Below, piece after piece: positions 27,080 through 60,190 of a stretch of DNA of 64,000 nucleotides. Under the pieces are notes generated by a model that had not been told where the DNA came from, ran no database searches, and worked only from the letters and a program-made list of their open reading frames with translations. Both the position numbers and the translations under genes were made by a program. Source of the DNA: Chrysomallon squamiferum (Eukaryota; Animalia; Mollusca); assembly GCA_012295275.1 (NCBI GenBank), contig CM022668.1:5518001-5582000 (forward strand), given 5' to 3'. Each line of letters opens with the position of its first letter. Position 1 is the stretch's first letter.

Positions 27080-28379
27080 TTTGAAAAACTACGAAAAACA
27101 AATGTAACTATTAATTTAAACCGATATCGGTGTCAAACTGGACAATTTCTTAGAAACGATTACATTTTGTTTATTGATTCTATTATAAATCAGTGATGTT
27201 AGATATAAATAAATAAGTAAAATAAAATAAAACGAAATAAATACATAAAACATAATAAAATTAAATAAAGTAAACAAATAGACAAAAATATGCATAAGAT
27301 GCAGCTAGCACATATAACTATGTCAGAATGATGATGAAGAATATGACGATGATGATGATGATGATGATGACGATAACTGAATTAGTTTAACACTACTACT
27401 ACTACTAATACTGTTACAACAACTACTGCGTCCGCTCCTGACAAATAAACAATTATACATTGATGAACAAACCGACACTGAAATAATCGTTTACGTTGTA
27501 CCGACTCATTTAACAACTTTCACACAGTAATCTATAGCAATGCTAAATAGTACACAGGATTAATTGTGGCTGATTACTTTAAACAAACTAACATGTTAAG
27601 AAAATATCAAACACCTTCAAATGCCTTCACATTTCAAAATGGCTGTCTTCTTGTGTCAAACACGTCCTTGTCTCTGAGTCGTTTAGCTGGAACTGAACAC
27701 TTATTTTTTGTTGTTAGCAACCGTCTGCTCAGAAAACGTGACTGAAATCAAATGTCGTACAAGTCCCTCTGCAAGGGTAAGACCGCTGTATTATGTTTTC
27801 TATTCAAATGTATTTAGCAATTCAACTAACAGGTCTTTCTGTTGACGAAACACAGAAAGAGATCTATTCATCGTAATTCATAACACGTTTCAATAACGGT
27901 TATTGCTGTACTTGGCGGTGGTCGTAATTCCCCGAGAAGAACAAATTTGTAACGAAAGAAATGTCTCTTCATTTATGTAAAAATACATTTCTTGAGAATG
28001 GGAACGTGATTCTGTAAGATAATTTGATGACTGACGTAATAAGTCTCATATTTTTAAACATCTAAAAGTTTATTAAGCCTAATTAAACATCTAAACGCGT
28101 ATTTGTATTTTATGAGTTCAACAAATTTATATCATCTAACAATAGTGAAATTGATATCATTTGTCATTTTACATTAATACTATATCATTTAAATTATTAC
28201 TTATTCATATTAAGAAATACTGATGACAAATTCTGATAATTGTAAGACATTTTCAATTCCGATTCTGTTTACAAAATAATTAATTTTAAAATTCAAATTC
28301 AAAATATAGTCAATAAATGAAAAATAATAGCTGAACACCCAAAAATGTATACACTTTTTATTTCTTTTTAATCCCTGGT

Positions 28380-28950
28380 TCATGAGTTACTGGAAAACAG
28401 ATGGCTCCCAAAATACCTGCATTATATAAAACACGCTTTATCAGGAAGCAACTAATACACACTGATCAAGGTCTAGTTGGCGGTCCTATAAACAAAACAC
28501 ATTTAACTATAATGGATTCAAGTATTCACAAAAAATGTAAGTCCTTACCGTTTAGATGAAAAATAATAATTTATTATGGGTTTTCGAGGTCGTGATTCAG
28601 CATTAATTTCCACCATATTAGAGAGAGCACCACATTCGAGCAGTATTGCAAATCACTAGACGTTCTCAATGAAATTTACAGTACTTTGACTAAACTTCTG
28701 TGCATTCATTACTACAGACTATTATAAGAGTTCGTGTGAAGATAAATATAGTAATCAGAGTACTACGTACGTTGTACTATTTCTCGATTGTATCGAAGCA
28801 AATGGAACTCTTAAACATATTCGAAATAACTACAACACATCGGTCAGTCTGTCACGTGTGCATCAGTAAGAGTGATAATGTTTGTATGTTTGCCATCGCA
28901 GTCGAAAGCAATTGCAAAAGCTTTTCATATACTGGTTTGAATGGGTTATA
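28380..28950 (+). mobile_element. Possible highly decayed non-LTR retrotransposon reverse transcriptase remnant
   Basis: Frame-broken motifs appear in the expected order: WK..., RPI-like (~28480), YGFRGR (~28575) and AIAV..IAKAF (~28890-28925). Very degenerate. Confidence 0.25.
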
Positions 28951-29079
28951 GATCAAAACGAAAATTCAATAAGAAGGAAGGATCTTATTGTAATGCTTTT
29001 GAAGCAGTCTGGTTCGATGTTAAAATAGTACAGATAAAGAGAGCGCTACAGGTGGGAGAAATGGTGTAGAAAACAGGTC

Positions 29080-29560
29080 ATGGCAGACATAATGAGGGTT
29101 GTAAGATGAGGGCAAAAGAGGGTTCATAGTGTGTTGAGTTAGTTTAATGAGTGTTTCAAAATGGTTTCTCTTTCAGTATCAAATTCCACATATTTCAGAG
29201 ATTGGTGAGTTGTAGAGGGTAGTGTTAATTCAGGATGGTTTTCAAACAGGATATTATTCATACATGAAAATATTTGAGGAATTACTAATTTTATCTTTAT
29301 ATTTAACCTTAAACCAATACTAATACTATCCCCGAATTAACTCTAAATACAAGAACGTTTCTGATATTACTTATCTGAATGTTAGCTCTACATCTGTGCA
29401 CCTAAGCCTGTGATTAAGTTTATGATTAATTTCCCTCACTGTCTGTCCATAGCCTAAACCCTAATCCTAACACCTCCCCCACTATCACCCTAGACTTAAT
29501 ACTATCCTAACACATTTCTTAACATAATCCAACCATAACCCTGTACCCAATCAGTTTGGA
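29080..29560. repeat. Dispersed repeat, paralogous to ~44730-45160, with TAACCC/TAATCC-rich subrepeats
   Basis: Both copies share GAGGGTTGTAAGA..GGCA.AAGAGGGT, ATTCAGGAT..AAACAGGATAT, CTTAAACCAA and CGTTTCTGATATTACTTA...CTCTACATCTGT. Confidence 0.8.
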
Positions 29561-31379
29561 CAGAAAATATAAATAAATAAATAAATAAATAATGTTATTA
29601 ATAATAATAATAACAATAGTTATGACAATAACAATAAAATGAAAATATAATATAATATATATAAGTTATAAAAAATAAAATAAACTATTTTCATAAATCT
29701 AACTGGTGAATGTATGAACGAATGATTGAAACTTGAGTCAAAGAATAAGAAATCAACTGATTGAAAATTAAAAAAAATCAATTAAATCATAGTATAAAAT
29801 TTGTTTCGTATTATTCTTGTATTCCATCCAAATAAATTTTATTGTGTCGTAGAAAAATAAAATTAAACTTCGTTACATTTTGTTTTATCATCTAAACAGT
29901 TTTCACATCTATTGTTAGGTACATTACATTCCATACCACGATTTTTACACACTATTCTTTCGTAGTGACCTTAGAGTCTCCAAGAAGAGTTGAACCAACG
30001 ACCTGTTTGTTTTTCAGTTCAGCAATGGCTGCATAACTGATGTATGAAAAATCTGTTTTCAACTGTCTTTAAAAAGGTATGTATAAAATATTGTTTACTT
30101 CTAAACTGTAGAGCAGTGAGAATAGTTTTCTCCTGTGAGTAAAATAACTATGGGTTTCAAGATTAATATTTGTCATAATACAAGTGTTAAGAAATGTTTT
30201 ACAATATCAAAGCAATTCATGTCGAATATTACAATTTATTGGACACGCAGACACAGCGTGTCTTGGGAGAGAGACCCTTTTAATTTATATCAAAAACAGA
30301 ATACAATGACGACTACCTTCATTTTATATGTAATGAGTGAAGAAAACAAAGTGTTATGTAAATAAATGATTCATGTTAAGAATAGAAGCTGTGGCGCGTA
30401 TTCAGAGAGAGAGTTAAAACTTGTATTTTTACACTGCTCAGTTTTTCTGTTCATTCTACCTGACTGAACCACAGGTCAGTCGAGAAAGTCGTATTTTTAA
30501 CAGTTGTAGCGTTTATACAAGAACAGTTGTGTTTAACAGAGACGAGTATTTCAGTGTGTGTCCGACTGCTTATATAATAGCACACAAGATAATTTAAAAT
30601 AATAACAATAATAATAATAAATAAAGAGAAACTCCTATTTTTCGCTGTGTCTTCGCTTCATTAGGTTATATTATTCTCATTGTGTTAATCATTTGTTTTA
30701 TTATTTCATTATTTCATTGATAAAAAAATAGTAAGAATAATAATAATAATAATAATATTAATAATAATAATAATAAAATAATGATTCAAAGTTGTAAAAT
30801 TAATATAACGTCACAGAAGACTTCTCCATATCGTGATATTACTTTCATTCTGCTAAGGCAGGAACAAATTAGCATAGATTAACACAAATTTAACTCTGGT
30901 AGGTTACCGCCAGGTGTCGTGGGAAGAAATAATAGTGGGAAAGTTAAAATGTCGTTCTGATCTCGAGTATATAGCACATCTTATTTTAGAAAATAAAGGT
31001 AATAAATGAAAATGTCAAGCTTCATAAAAGATTGTGTTATAAAAGTTCTGTTCACATTTAGGTGATCTTAGATCTCGGGTTGAAAAGTAGAGAATACTTG
31101 TTAAGAAGTTCTCACAGACAAACAAACAGTAATTCTGATATTCAAGACAACAAAGTTGTCCGCTCACTTGAACAAACAGAACAAAAACCCAGATTATTTG
31201 ACTGTGAGGATCTGATAAATTAAACAGCGACCGTTATATTAGATTCTAAACGTCTAAGAACTCATTATTAATATATATATATATATATAGACACACACAA
31301 ATATATACATACATCCATATCAATTCAAAACGAAGCCTGTTGTGAATTTTGGAGGGTAATGTTCTGTTTACTAACATAA

Positions 31380-44720
<13,341 letters not shown>

Positions 44721-45419
44721 TGATATTTGAAACAAGGACACAAAGAGGGTTGTAAGAGGATGGCAGAAGAGGGTGTTTAATTAGTTGTAAGGTTGTTTAA
44801 AAACAGGTTTTTCACATTCACAGACTGATGACTCGTAGAAGATAATGTTTATTCAGGATAGTCTTTAAACAGGATATCATTTATACAGGATACTATTTTT
44901 ACATGAAACTGTTTACAGGAATTAGTAATCTTAACGTTAAATTTAATCTTAAACCAACACTAATTCCAAACCTGAATGAAATCTAAATACAACAGCGTTT
45001 CTGATATTACTTACTTGAATCATAACTCTACATCTGTCCGTCTGAACCAGTGATAAATAACATATTTTTATCTCAGAGTGTATTATTATCCTAACAGCAC
45101 TCAAACTATCACCCTAACCTTAATGCTATCACATCACAGATCTTAACCTATAATAAACTAACAAATAAATAAATAAATAAATAAAATAAAACAAAATAAC
45201 AGAGAGGTAAAAATATAGAATAAGCCGTTAAAAATACATACGACTATATTAGAATGATGATTATGATAATGATGACGATAATGGAATCTGTTTAAAAAAA
45301 ACAACTACTACTACTATTTCTATTACTAAAACACTTGCTACTACTTCTAGTACAATTACTACTGGGACTTCTACTATTACATCTAGGGCTATTACTAATG
45401 ATCCATTCATACACTGAGT

Positions 45420-45500
<81 letters not shown>

Positions 45501-45639
45501 ACACACACACACACAAATGGCTGCCTACCTTTAAAAACTTCCTCGTCGAGAATTTCGTAGATATGAATAATTTCTGTTTTACGTTTGTTCTTTTGGTCCC
45601 TTAAGTGATGAATCTAAAAATAAATTAATTAATTATTTA

Positions 45640-46190
45640 ATATATAAAACATATTACATGTTCAATATTGCTGATTTATTTTAAGCAGATAATAGCACGG
45701 TATTCATTAAGTCACAATGCAATGCAAACTACCTTCAAATCTCAAAACGGCTGTCTGTTTACACAAAATACGTCCTTGTTTGTGAGTAGTTTTACTGCAG
45801 CTGACAACACGTCACTGAAATAACTTCTGTGAGTCGCTGTTAATAAACGTGTCTGCTGAAACCACGTGACTGAAATCCGACGTCCTACAACTCGAAATGG
45901 GAGTGACGGTAAACGCATGTACATCTTTTGTGACGTATAATTTGTGAAGCGTAATGTAACATGGATATTTTAAACCTGTTACAGAAACAAAGAGTTCTAT
46001 AATTTGTCATTACTTATTTTGTCTGTGAAATATTTATATACATTTCTAACACAGCATACTGATGAAAAACGTGTCGCTAACAAGTGTCTGTAGGTAAGAT
46101 AAAAATAGTGTGTTAATAGTACTGGCGACTAAAAAACTTTATACCTCGGATCCTGAAAAGTGCGGTGTAATTGTGAATTACAAAATGTGG
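45640..46190 (-). repeat. Displaced copy of the BTB upstream cassette (25430-25975)
   Basis: ACCTTCAAAT.TCAAAA.G.CTGTCTG, CGTCCTTG, GTCACTGAAAT, CACGTGACTGA, GATAAAAATAG.GTGTTAATAGT and TGAAAAGTGC..TGTAATTGTGAAT are collinear with 25.4-26.0 kb. Confidence 0.85.
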
Positions 46191-46271
46191 GACACTGTTT
46201 TATTTGTACATATTCCGAGTCAAAGCGATCTGACTACCGATGTGACAAATACCACCTTTTTTATAGTTAAT

Positions 46272-46316
<45 letters not shown>

Positions 46317-46514
46317 AAAACGTTCAAATCCTAATACTTATACTGATCAATGTAGTATTTTTGTTTTAAATTATTAATTATTTATCTGCTTCACTTAATT
46401 CTTTTTATTTATCTATTTCAATTGTTCGTTCTTTCTTTCTTTCTTTATTATATACACCGGAAAACACACAGTGTAATAAATAATACAACTGATACATGAT
46501 AATGCAAAATAAAC

Positions 46515-48045
46515 ACTGTTTCCACTACTACTATTATGACTAGCCAAAAAAATTCGTCTACTACTATTATTACCAGCCCTACAATTTCCGGGAATACTAT
46601 TATTACTAGTGAAACTATTTCGACTACTACTATTATTACTAGCAATACTATTTCCAGTACCACTACTATTATTATTATTAGTCCTACAATTTCCCGGACT
46701 AGTATTATTACTAGCCATACTATTTACAGTACTACTGTTATTACCAGCCCTACAATTTCCACTACTATTATTATTACTAGCCCTACTATTTCCAGTACCA
46801 CTACTACTACTATAATTATTAGGCCTACTGTTTCCAGTACTACTATTATTACCAGCCATACTATTTCCGCTACTACTATTATTATTACTAGCCACACTAT
46901 TTCCACTAATACTATTATTACTACTAGCCACACTATTTCCATTAATACTATTATTACTACTAGCCACACTATTTCCATTAATACTATTATTACTACTAGC
47001 TATACTATTTCCACTATTACGATTATTATTACTAGCCCTACGATTTCCACTACTACTATTATTACTAGCCATACGAATTCCACTACTACTATTGTTATTA
47101 GTAGCCCTACTATTTCCAGTACTACTACAACTATTCTTATTACTAGCCCTAAAATTTCCAATACTACTATTATTACTAGCCATACTATTTCCAGTACCAC
47201 TATTATTATTAATAGCTCTACTATTTCCAGTACTGCTACTATTATTATTGTTAGCCATACTTCCATTACTACTATTATTACTAGCCAAACTATTTCGTCT
47301 ACTGCTATTATTACTAGCCAAACTATTTCGTCTACTGCTATTATTACTAGCCATACAATTTCCGGGACTACTATTATTACTAGCGAAACCATTTCGACTA
47401 CTACAATTATTACTAGCGATACTATTTCCAGTACTATTATTACTAGCCATACTATTTCCAGTACTACTATCATTATTACTAGCCATACTATTTCCAGTAC
47501 TACTACCAGTATTACTACCCATACTATTTCCACTACTACTATTATTGATACTAACCCTACTATTTCCAGTACCAGTACTACTACTCTTATTACTAGCTCT
47601 GCTATTTCCAGTACTGCTACTAGTATTATTATTATTAGCCATACTATTTCCACTACTACCGTTATTACTAGCCATACTATTTCCACTACTACTATTATTA
47701 TTAGCCACACTATTTCTAGTACTACTATTATTATTACTAGCTCTACTATTTCCAGTACTACTAATATTATTATTATTAGCCATATTATTTCAACTACTAC
47801 TATTATTGCTAACCCTACTATTTCTAGTACCACTATTATTACTACTAGCCATACTATTTCGACTACTACTATTATTATTACTAGCCCTACCATTTCCACT
47901 ACTACTATTATCATTAGCCCTACTATTTCCACTACTACTATTATTACTAGCCGTACTATTTCCACTACTACTACTATTATTACAAGCCATACTATTTCCA
48001 CTACTACTATTATTACTAGCCATACTATTTCCAGTACAACTACTA
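46515..48045. repeat. 1.5-kb triplet-built minisatellite, unit ~27-39 bp (ACTACTATTATTACTAGCCATACTATTTCC[AGT])
   Basis: Directly visible. Length variation is in whole triplets, which produces long ORFs in four frames. Confidence 0.95.
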
Positions 48046-48049
48046 TATT

Positions 48050-53200
<5,151 letters not shown>

Positions 53201-53353
53201 AACAGTGTTAGTGTGCTTTTCACAACAGACATTTTGTAGTGTTAATGACAGTGTTTGTGTGCTTTTCACAACAGACATTTTGTAGTATTAATGACAGTGT
53301 TTGTGTGCTTTTCACAACAGACATTTTGTAGTGTTAATGACAGTGTTTGTGTG
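53201..53353. repeat. 46-bp tandem repeat, ~3 copies
   Basis: Unit CTTTTCACAACAGACATTTTGTAGTGTTAATGACAGTGTTTGTGTG. Confidence 0.9.
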
Positions 53354-56300
53354 TAAATAAAAAAATCTACTTTGTTGTCTTGTGATGAGTTCTGTAAACC
53401 AGCAAGAAAGAAACACAAAAAAACAGATACAAATAAACACATAAACCAAATTGAACAAACATCAAAATGATGAAATTGTATACACATATAGTGAAACAAT
53501 AAAAGTTAAATTCAAACAATTCATTATTACAATACAGTTTACACTGTGTATAACAAGTTCACAGTAGTAAAATACCAATTCAGATATAATTTATCATAAT
53601 ATGATATGTGATTCATTAAGATTTACCAAAAATATTTTGTTGTCTTTTATTCACTTCAGTTTTTATAATGATGATCATAAGTAAACTGTTTTTTTTACAG
53701 GAAAGTCAGAGTTAAAAGTGAAGATGCTGATCACCTCAAAAGTCTACATGCATCTTCCATTAGCTAACTGACAAAACATCTGTGAAAACACAGTGGACAC
53801 ACAGGTTGGGAATGTTCCTACAGGCAGTGGACTTTCAACACATGTTAGGCTTTCATGTTGTAGTAAATTTACTTTTTTTTAATACATGGTGACATAAAAT
53901 GTGATCAACAGATGACATCATACACAAATCAAATTTACCACTTAATATTTCTATACTTTTATGAGTCTGGTAACTCTTTCAACATGTACACAATGTCTTC
54001 TCACTCACTTCTGATCCTCATCTTGCAAATGGTGGACTATTTAATCTAAATTCTGTTTTTTCAACTTGCTTTTTAATGTCAAAATCTTCATCACCCAAGA
54101 GACTATAACCTTTATTAAGATAACCATATTCTGATTTAATATTGCACGGATTATGTTAAGTTGTCATATATTGTTACCTTACTTTCCAGTTTAAAATGAA
54201 TACAAAGCAAATTTGAGAGAAATGTTCTGTCATAGACACAGCTCACGAATGCCATGTAACTAAATATATTCAAACCTCAATCAGTCACATTCATTCATGT
54301 ATAGAGGTTTTATTACATTATAATTTGTTTATAAATGTATATCTGGTACAAATAAAATATTATATAAAAATGGTTAATTTGTCCATATTTTAATTGTTTT
54401 GTTTGTACCCTAGTATTTGTATCTGACAAAAGTAATCATGCCTCATGTATCAATGGGTAAATATTACTGAAGTCCAAATTTACCATATTCCACTTTATAT
54501 TTATGTGAATTTTCAAATGCTACTGTTTTTTTTAGGATATTTCTTGTTGATTTCTATAATCCCAGGATTAGAAAAATGGAATCAAGCCTATCACGGAATC
54601 TTCTAGCTGTTAATGTGTTTCTATGAGAGAGAATAGAAGCCCTGTCACAAAACAATTGAACTTAAGTAGAAACTGTGAATCTGAAGTTAGTTGCTTTTGT
54701 TTAAATATTACTTTCCAGAGATATAATTAGGATTAAAGGATTTCTTAAATGATTTATGGATCAGCTGTTTTATATACAGCACCATCCCTAACAAATGGGG
54801 TATTTTATATGGGCAAGAATACTAAAATGTCCTTGACGTTACTATCCCGAGTCAAGTATGTATTATTTATTGTAAAAATATTACAAAAGTATTTATCTGA
54901 TGCATTACTTTATTTATAAGTTGCTGTTTTCTCATTTTCAGTTGTGAAATGTTTTATAATATTCATAATGAATTTATTTTTCATTCTCAAAATCTTGTCA
55001 CACAGTTTTGTGTCACTGGTGTTACTACAGGTGAAGTCTGTTGAGAAATAACAGCCACTCCTAGTTCATCTTCCAACATGTAGATGTCAGCAAAGAAGTA
55101 GTACATGCACAAGAATGAGTCTGTTTTTCTCAAATATATCAGTAAAATGAACTGATGGTTTATTCAGTGGCATTAGTGTTGTTGTCATAAACCTGGGTCA
55201 GTTTGTCCTGTTTGGAGATGTCAGTCTTACAGTAGTTTTTATATTTAATCTTTCTGTGTCACTGCGTCTGTTATTGAATTGCTTTGATTTGAAACCCATC
55301 TTGTTTCCTTCTTCCTCAGTCATGATTATTATTTTATTCCTTACCCTCCATTACCCCACAACATAGTATTATTCATTTTAAAAATATTAAAAAACAAACT
55401 TTAAAACTATAATAAAAATTATTAAATTATAAGAATTTCTTTTATTTCCGTCTTTATTCGTTTGTTAATTTATTCATTATTTTGAATATTTTAATTTACT
55501 CTTACATTTTATTACATTTATAAGAAAAGTGAAAGTTAAATAGTTAACTTGTATATGTGTGTGCTCTTGTTTTATAATTAAAGCTACATTATTTTGTATT
55601 TTCTTTATGTTCAGTTACAATTAATATCCTTCCTTGAAATTAAAATTGAAGAGTAAATTCCAGATAAATAAACATTTTCTAACTTAAGTTAGCATCATAA
55701 AGTTACAAAGGGAAAAAAAGACAACACAACCTAGAAACCTTTCCAGTTTAATAAAATACTTTAACCCAATGTTTAAATTAATTTCATGTTGAAGAAACAA
55801 ATCCATTTGTCCACCAAAATGTTTCCATGTTATTACTGAATTTGTTTTTATACTTAATATTTTAATTCTCTTTTTTATTTGTAGGATTCTAGGAACTCAG
55901 AAGTTAGGCAAATTGAATTCTTGCTTATATGGACATCCCTGGAAACCTTGGTCTTTTCAGAGATGGCACAGAAAGATCTCTGGCATCATTAATGGAAACG
56001 TGAGTGGATTTCCTAGAAATGTTGTTATGTGTTTCTAATTCTGCAGCAAAGTTAGTTGTGATAGTTCCCTGTATTACGTCTCTTTCAGGGAATGATATTT
56101 CATTTAATTAGAAATAAAAGTTTTAATGTTTTAATTAAAAATATATATTTTTTAATTCTTTCTGTCATTTTGCGACAATGTAAATAAAATGATATAAAAG
56201 ATTGTGACTTAAAATCATGACTAGAAAATTACATTGCAAAATTACTGAATACTTTCATTATGTTGTTTTGATAACCATACAAATGCAAACTTTACTTCTG

Positions 56301-56701
56301 TGAATGAACTGTTTTATATTGTTAAAAAAACAAAACATTAAAAAACAAACAAACAAATATTTAAGTATTTTATTAACTTGTTATGGTTAATTAATGCAGT
56401 ATTTCTCTCTAGAAGCAAAATCTAAAAAGATTATCATACATTAATATTGTTATTAATATATTCATTTATGTTTTATTATTAGTATAACTTTTCCTTTATT
56501 TTTTTTTTTTATTTTTGTTTGATGAAATTAATTGTAAATTGTTTCAAGATTATGAGTATCTTGTACAGATAGCAGTTCTATATCTGACAGGTACAGTCTC
56601 CATGGAGACCAGTATTCTCTGACAGGTGAACTAAGAAGGAAGGATGGTAATGCATCAGGTCACACTGCAGCAGGTTTTAAGTGTGTGATAGGAAACATTG
56701 G

Positions 56702-56975
56702 TTTTACACTCTTCATGCAGAATTCCAGGACACCACATACCCTCTTGTTTACATGTTCCTTCCAAACAAGACTGAAGCTACGTATGTCTCAGTTTTTCAA
56801 CTCTTGAAGATTGAAGCAGAAAAAAACTTCAATTTGAAGCCACAGATTATCTAGACTGACTTTGAGAAAGATGTCTCCGGTGCAGCAATGAAAGAGTTCA
56901 AGAAGATGTTTTATCAGCAGTGCACAAGCTCTGTGGAGGAAGATTCAGCATATTGGTCATACAAAGAATATTCTG
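56702..56975 (+). pseudogene. MULE (Mutator-like) transposase fragment
   Basis: Manual translation: FYTLHAEFQDTTYPLVYMFLPNKTEATYVSVFQLLKIEAEKNFNLKPQII*TDFEKDVSGAAMKEF, then after a frameshift AQALWRKIQHIG. This matches the animal MULE pattern YTIH...PLVYxLLPxKxxxTY...P..I.TDFE...Q..WRKIQ.LG. Absent from the ORF track. Confidence 0.85.
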
Positions 56976-57446
56976 GTAACAGTAGTGTAAGATTTAGAAG
57001 CACCTAGTTAAAGTTCTTAGTAATTAGGTAAAAGAAAATGTGTACTTAACAGATTACTCTTGAAGTTTGTTTTCATTAATATATATTCTATAAAATGTTT
57101 AATATCTTCAGTTATTTTACACCTAATATCAAACTATATAATAGTATAAATTATATATTTATATATATATATATATATAATTAATTAATTTTTTTATTTA
57201 CTTTTTTATTTGTTTCATGTTTATTTAATTATTTTTTTGTTTGTTTGAGGATTTAGATTTTGTATTAAAATAAACTAATGTAATAGTAATTATATTAATT
57301 CACAGTGCAGGAAAACTATATTCATACTGGTGAAAATACTGTTTATTAATGTTTAATATATTTTTATTATTTTATTAAACATCCTTTTGTAGAGTTTATA
57401 ACAGTTAATAATGGCATTTAATCAAAACTATTTTTATTTATTACAG

Positions 57447-60190
57447 GATTCTTGAAAGGTCCTGGTGGATAATGGAGTTATTGAAACTGTATTCAAGTCT
57501 GTTTCAGCAATGTTTGATTTGACGTCAGCTCTTAATTCCAATCACAGACAGAACCCAGCTTGAATCCATCCCCAGAGATGTTGCTGTGTTCTGGTGGGTT
57601 GCTTCCAGCACATTCAAGTCCACAAACAGAGTTCAGCAGCTGCAGTTGTCAGTGGTAATATTTTTACTCATAATTTTAATATGCTAATGATGCACAACAC
57701 AACTTAGAGGTAAGCTGCTCAGTTGTCAGTGGTAATATTTTTACTCATAGTTTTAATATGTTAATGATGCACAACACAACTGAGAGGTAAGCTGCTCAGT
57801 TGTTGTTATTACAGATTAGTAGTACACATGACAACACACACCTCAGAATTTCCTCATAAAATTTTTTTTTTTTTTTTTTTTCTACTTATTTTTTTATTTT
57901 GTTGGGGTCTTAGGTTTTTAAATTATTACTTTTATTGTTATGTTTTTTTTTTAAATTTTTTTATTTATTTATAATTTTTTATTTCATTTATTTATTTATA
58001 TATTTTTTTATTTATTTACTTATTTATTTAGTTTGTTGTTGTTATACTTATTAATATTTGTTTAAATTAAATGGAATGTATTTGAAATAAATATTTAAAA
58101 TGTTATTTTTATTTTCAAATGTTATTACTGAAGATTGACTGTACTGAAGCAGTGCTGGAGAAATTAAAAATTTCATGCTGTCTGATAACATGAAAACATT
58201 TACTTTCTCTGCTGTTTTCATTAATACAACAGAATTAATAGACATTCATTATATGTGGGTTTTTCAAGCACTGAGTGTGAAAAAATAAACATGAAATGAG
58301 TAAAAAACATAATATGAGACACTGAAATCAAAAGATGATTGTATTCTTTTATGTATTTATTTATTTCCTTTTTTAACTGCAGATAGATATAAATATCATT
58401 TATGTTTTATTATTATTATATGTATCACGTGTATTTTCTTTCTTTATAATTAACTTTTGTATTTATTTTAATATTATTATTATTTTTATTTTCACTATCT
58501 TAAAAAAATATATTTTTCATTTTTTTTTTTTTTTTTTTCCTTAAATTTCTTCATAATCAGTAATATAAATATTTATTTTTTTCAAATTCCAATGTCAGAT
58601 CAGCCCAGGAGAAATTCTACTACTCTGAACTGACAACAAAAACAGAGGAAGAATTTTCTGTGAAACATCCAGTCAGATGTGAAAAGTCAGCCATTGATTA
58701 GAAAGTGAGTGAATTTGTTACACAGAGCTTACATTTAGATTTAGTAACTGAAATACACACATACAGTCATGTTAACATTTAGATTTATTAACTGAAATAC
58801 ACACATACAGTCATGTTAACATTTTAAATGTTACCTTAGTGCATTAATATCAAAAACGTGAATGATACTTTGTAGAAATATTTGATCCATACTTTAAACT
58901 TGATTTATTCAAACTTGTGTTAAACTTAGATGTCCCCTGTCATACTTTAGCTAACATTTAAATAATGATTTGCTTTTGTTTCCAGTGAATGAAAGGATTA
59001 TCAATGATACATTTTTGTTTTGCTTTTATTACTTTACAGGAGAAACTAGACATGCTGACCAAAAAAATGTCAAATAATTAAGTCACAACCCATTTGAATC
59101 ATACTTAACCTTTATTTCACATGTAAAATTGTATAATCCACATTAATATTGATCATAAAACTCTAAATATTATTTTTATTTTAATTACAAGTTTTAAATT
59201 TTTTTTTAATTTTCTTCAGGTTCTTTTATCATGAGCTTGGTTTGAGAATGAAAGAAAACACGTGAGAAGTGATATCCTCTGATTCTAAATCACTTGTCAA
59301 TTTTGCCTTGAAGTTCTTCAGGTTTTCTGATCACCCTGAACTAAGAAATTGGAACATCTCAACAACAAATATGAAGAACTGAATTCTTGGATAAAATTGA
59401 AAACTTTTAGAAAGTTTCACACCAAAATAACATATTAAAAACATTACTTGTGTGTATCATGGACAGTTCTTATTGAAGAATGTATAATATTGTGATATCA
59501 ACTTAGATTCACTGTGTTGTTCTTGAAAGATATAATCAGATGTAGACAGTACACAGAATGTTTGGACCAGACACAGCACCAAGTACAATCAAATCTGTGA
59601 AAAAAAGAAGAAATTATTTTTAAAAATTGACTAATGCTAGAAAACCTTAACTGCTGCAAATTTTATTGCTCAAGGGAGATAATTTTATTTATTTATTTAT
59701 TTATTTATTTATTTGTTTGTTTTATTTTAAAGAATAACCAACTTAATCACGTAATCCAAATATAAAATAACAAAAAATATGAAGAATTATGTTAAAGATT
59801 AAAAAAAAAAAGAAGTATGTTGATAAAACATAAAGTGGAAGATGATAGGTTGTTTGTAAGCTTTATTATTACGAAATTTTCTTAATAGTTAACTTGCAGA
59901 TCACATTATCACATCATAGTTGTTTCTTAATATTTAATTTTTTAGGAAACCAAATGTCTTGATATTTTTATTATATTTTGTTAATATACTTTTATTAACA
60001 AAACAGAAATATTGGTATTTAGCTCTTCAATGGCTTATGAAACATTTTTCAAAATTTCTAATTTCTAATTTTTGCGTTTTCTGTTGTTTACTACACGTTT
60101 TTAGCTACCATTTTCATCAGCTTGGGAAACAATTTCATAAGAGGAAGAATATTTTTATTTACATAGTTTTGAAATAACAGTAGAAGTAAT
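57447..60190 (+). pseudogene. Decayed multi-exon gene (copy R), inverted paralog of 8.9-13.1 kb
   Basis: Exon from 57447 reads SW-DNGVIE-YSSLFQQ...FDLTSAL (with frameshifts); exon at ~59040 reads EKLDMLT; exon from ~59220 reads KFFRFSDH...NITCVYHG...NVWTRHSTKYNQIC. Non-coding sequence also aligns, e.g. ATCCAAATATAAAATAACAAA at ~59754 and its reverse complement at ~9420-9440. Confidence 0.6.
57650..57803. repeat. ~76-bp tandem duplication
   Basis: CAGTTGTCAGTGGTAATATTTTTACTCATA.TTTTAATATG.TAATGATGCACAACACAACT.AGAGGTAAGCTGCT occurs twice. Confidence 0.85.

Noticed and set aside
29985-30040. B-box-like GGTTCAACTC (minus strand) as a tRNA or SINE head
   Set aside because: No convincing A-box or cloverleaf.
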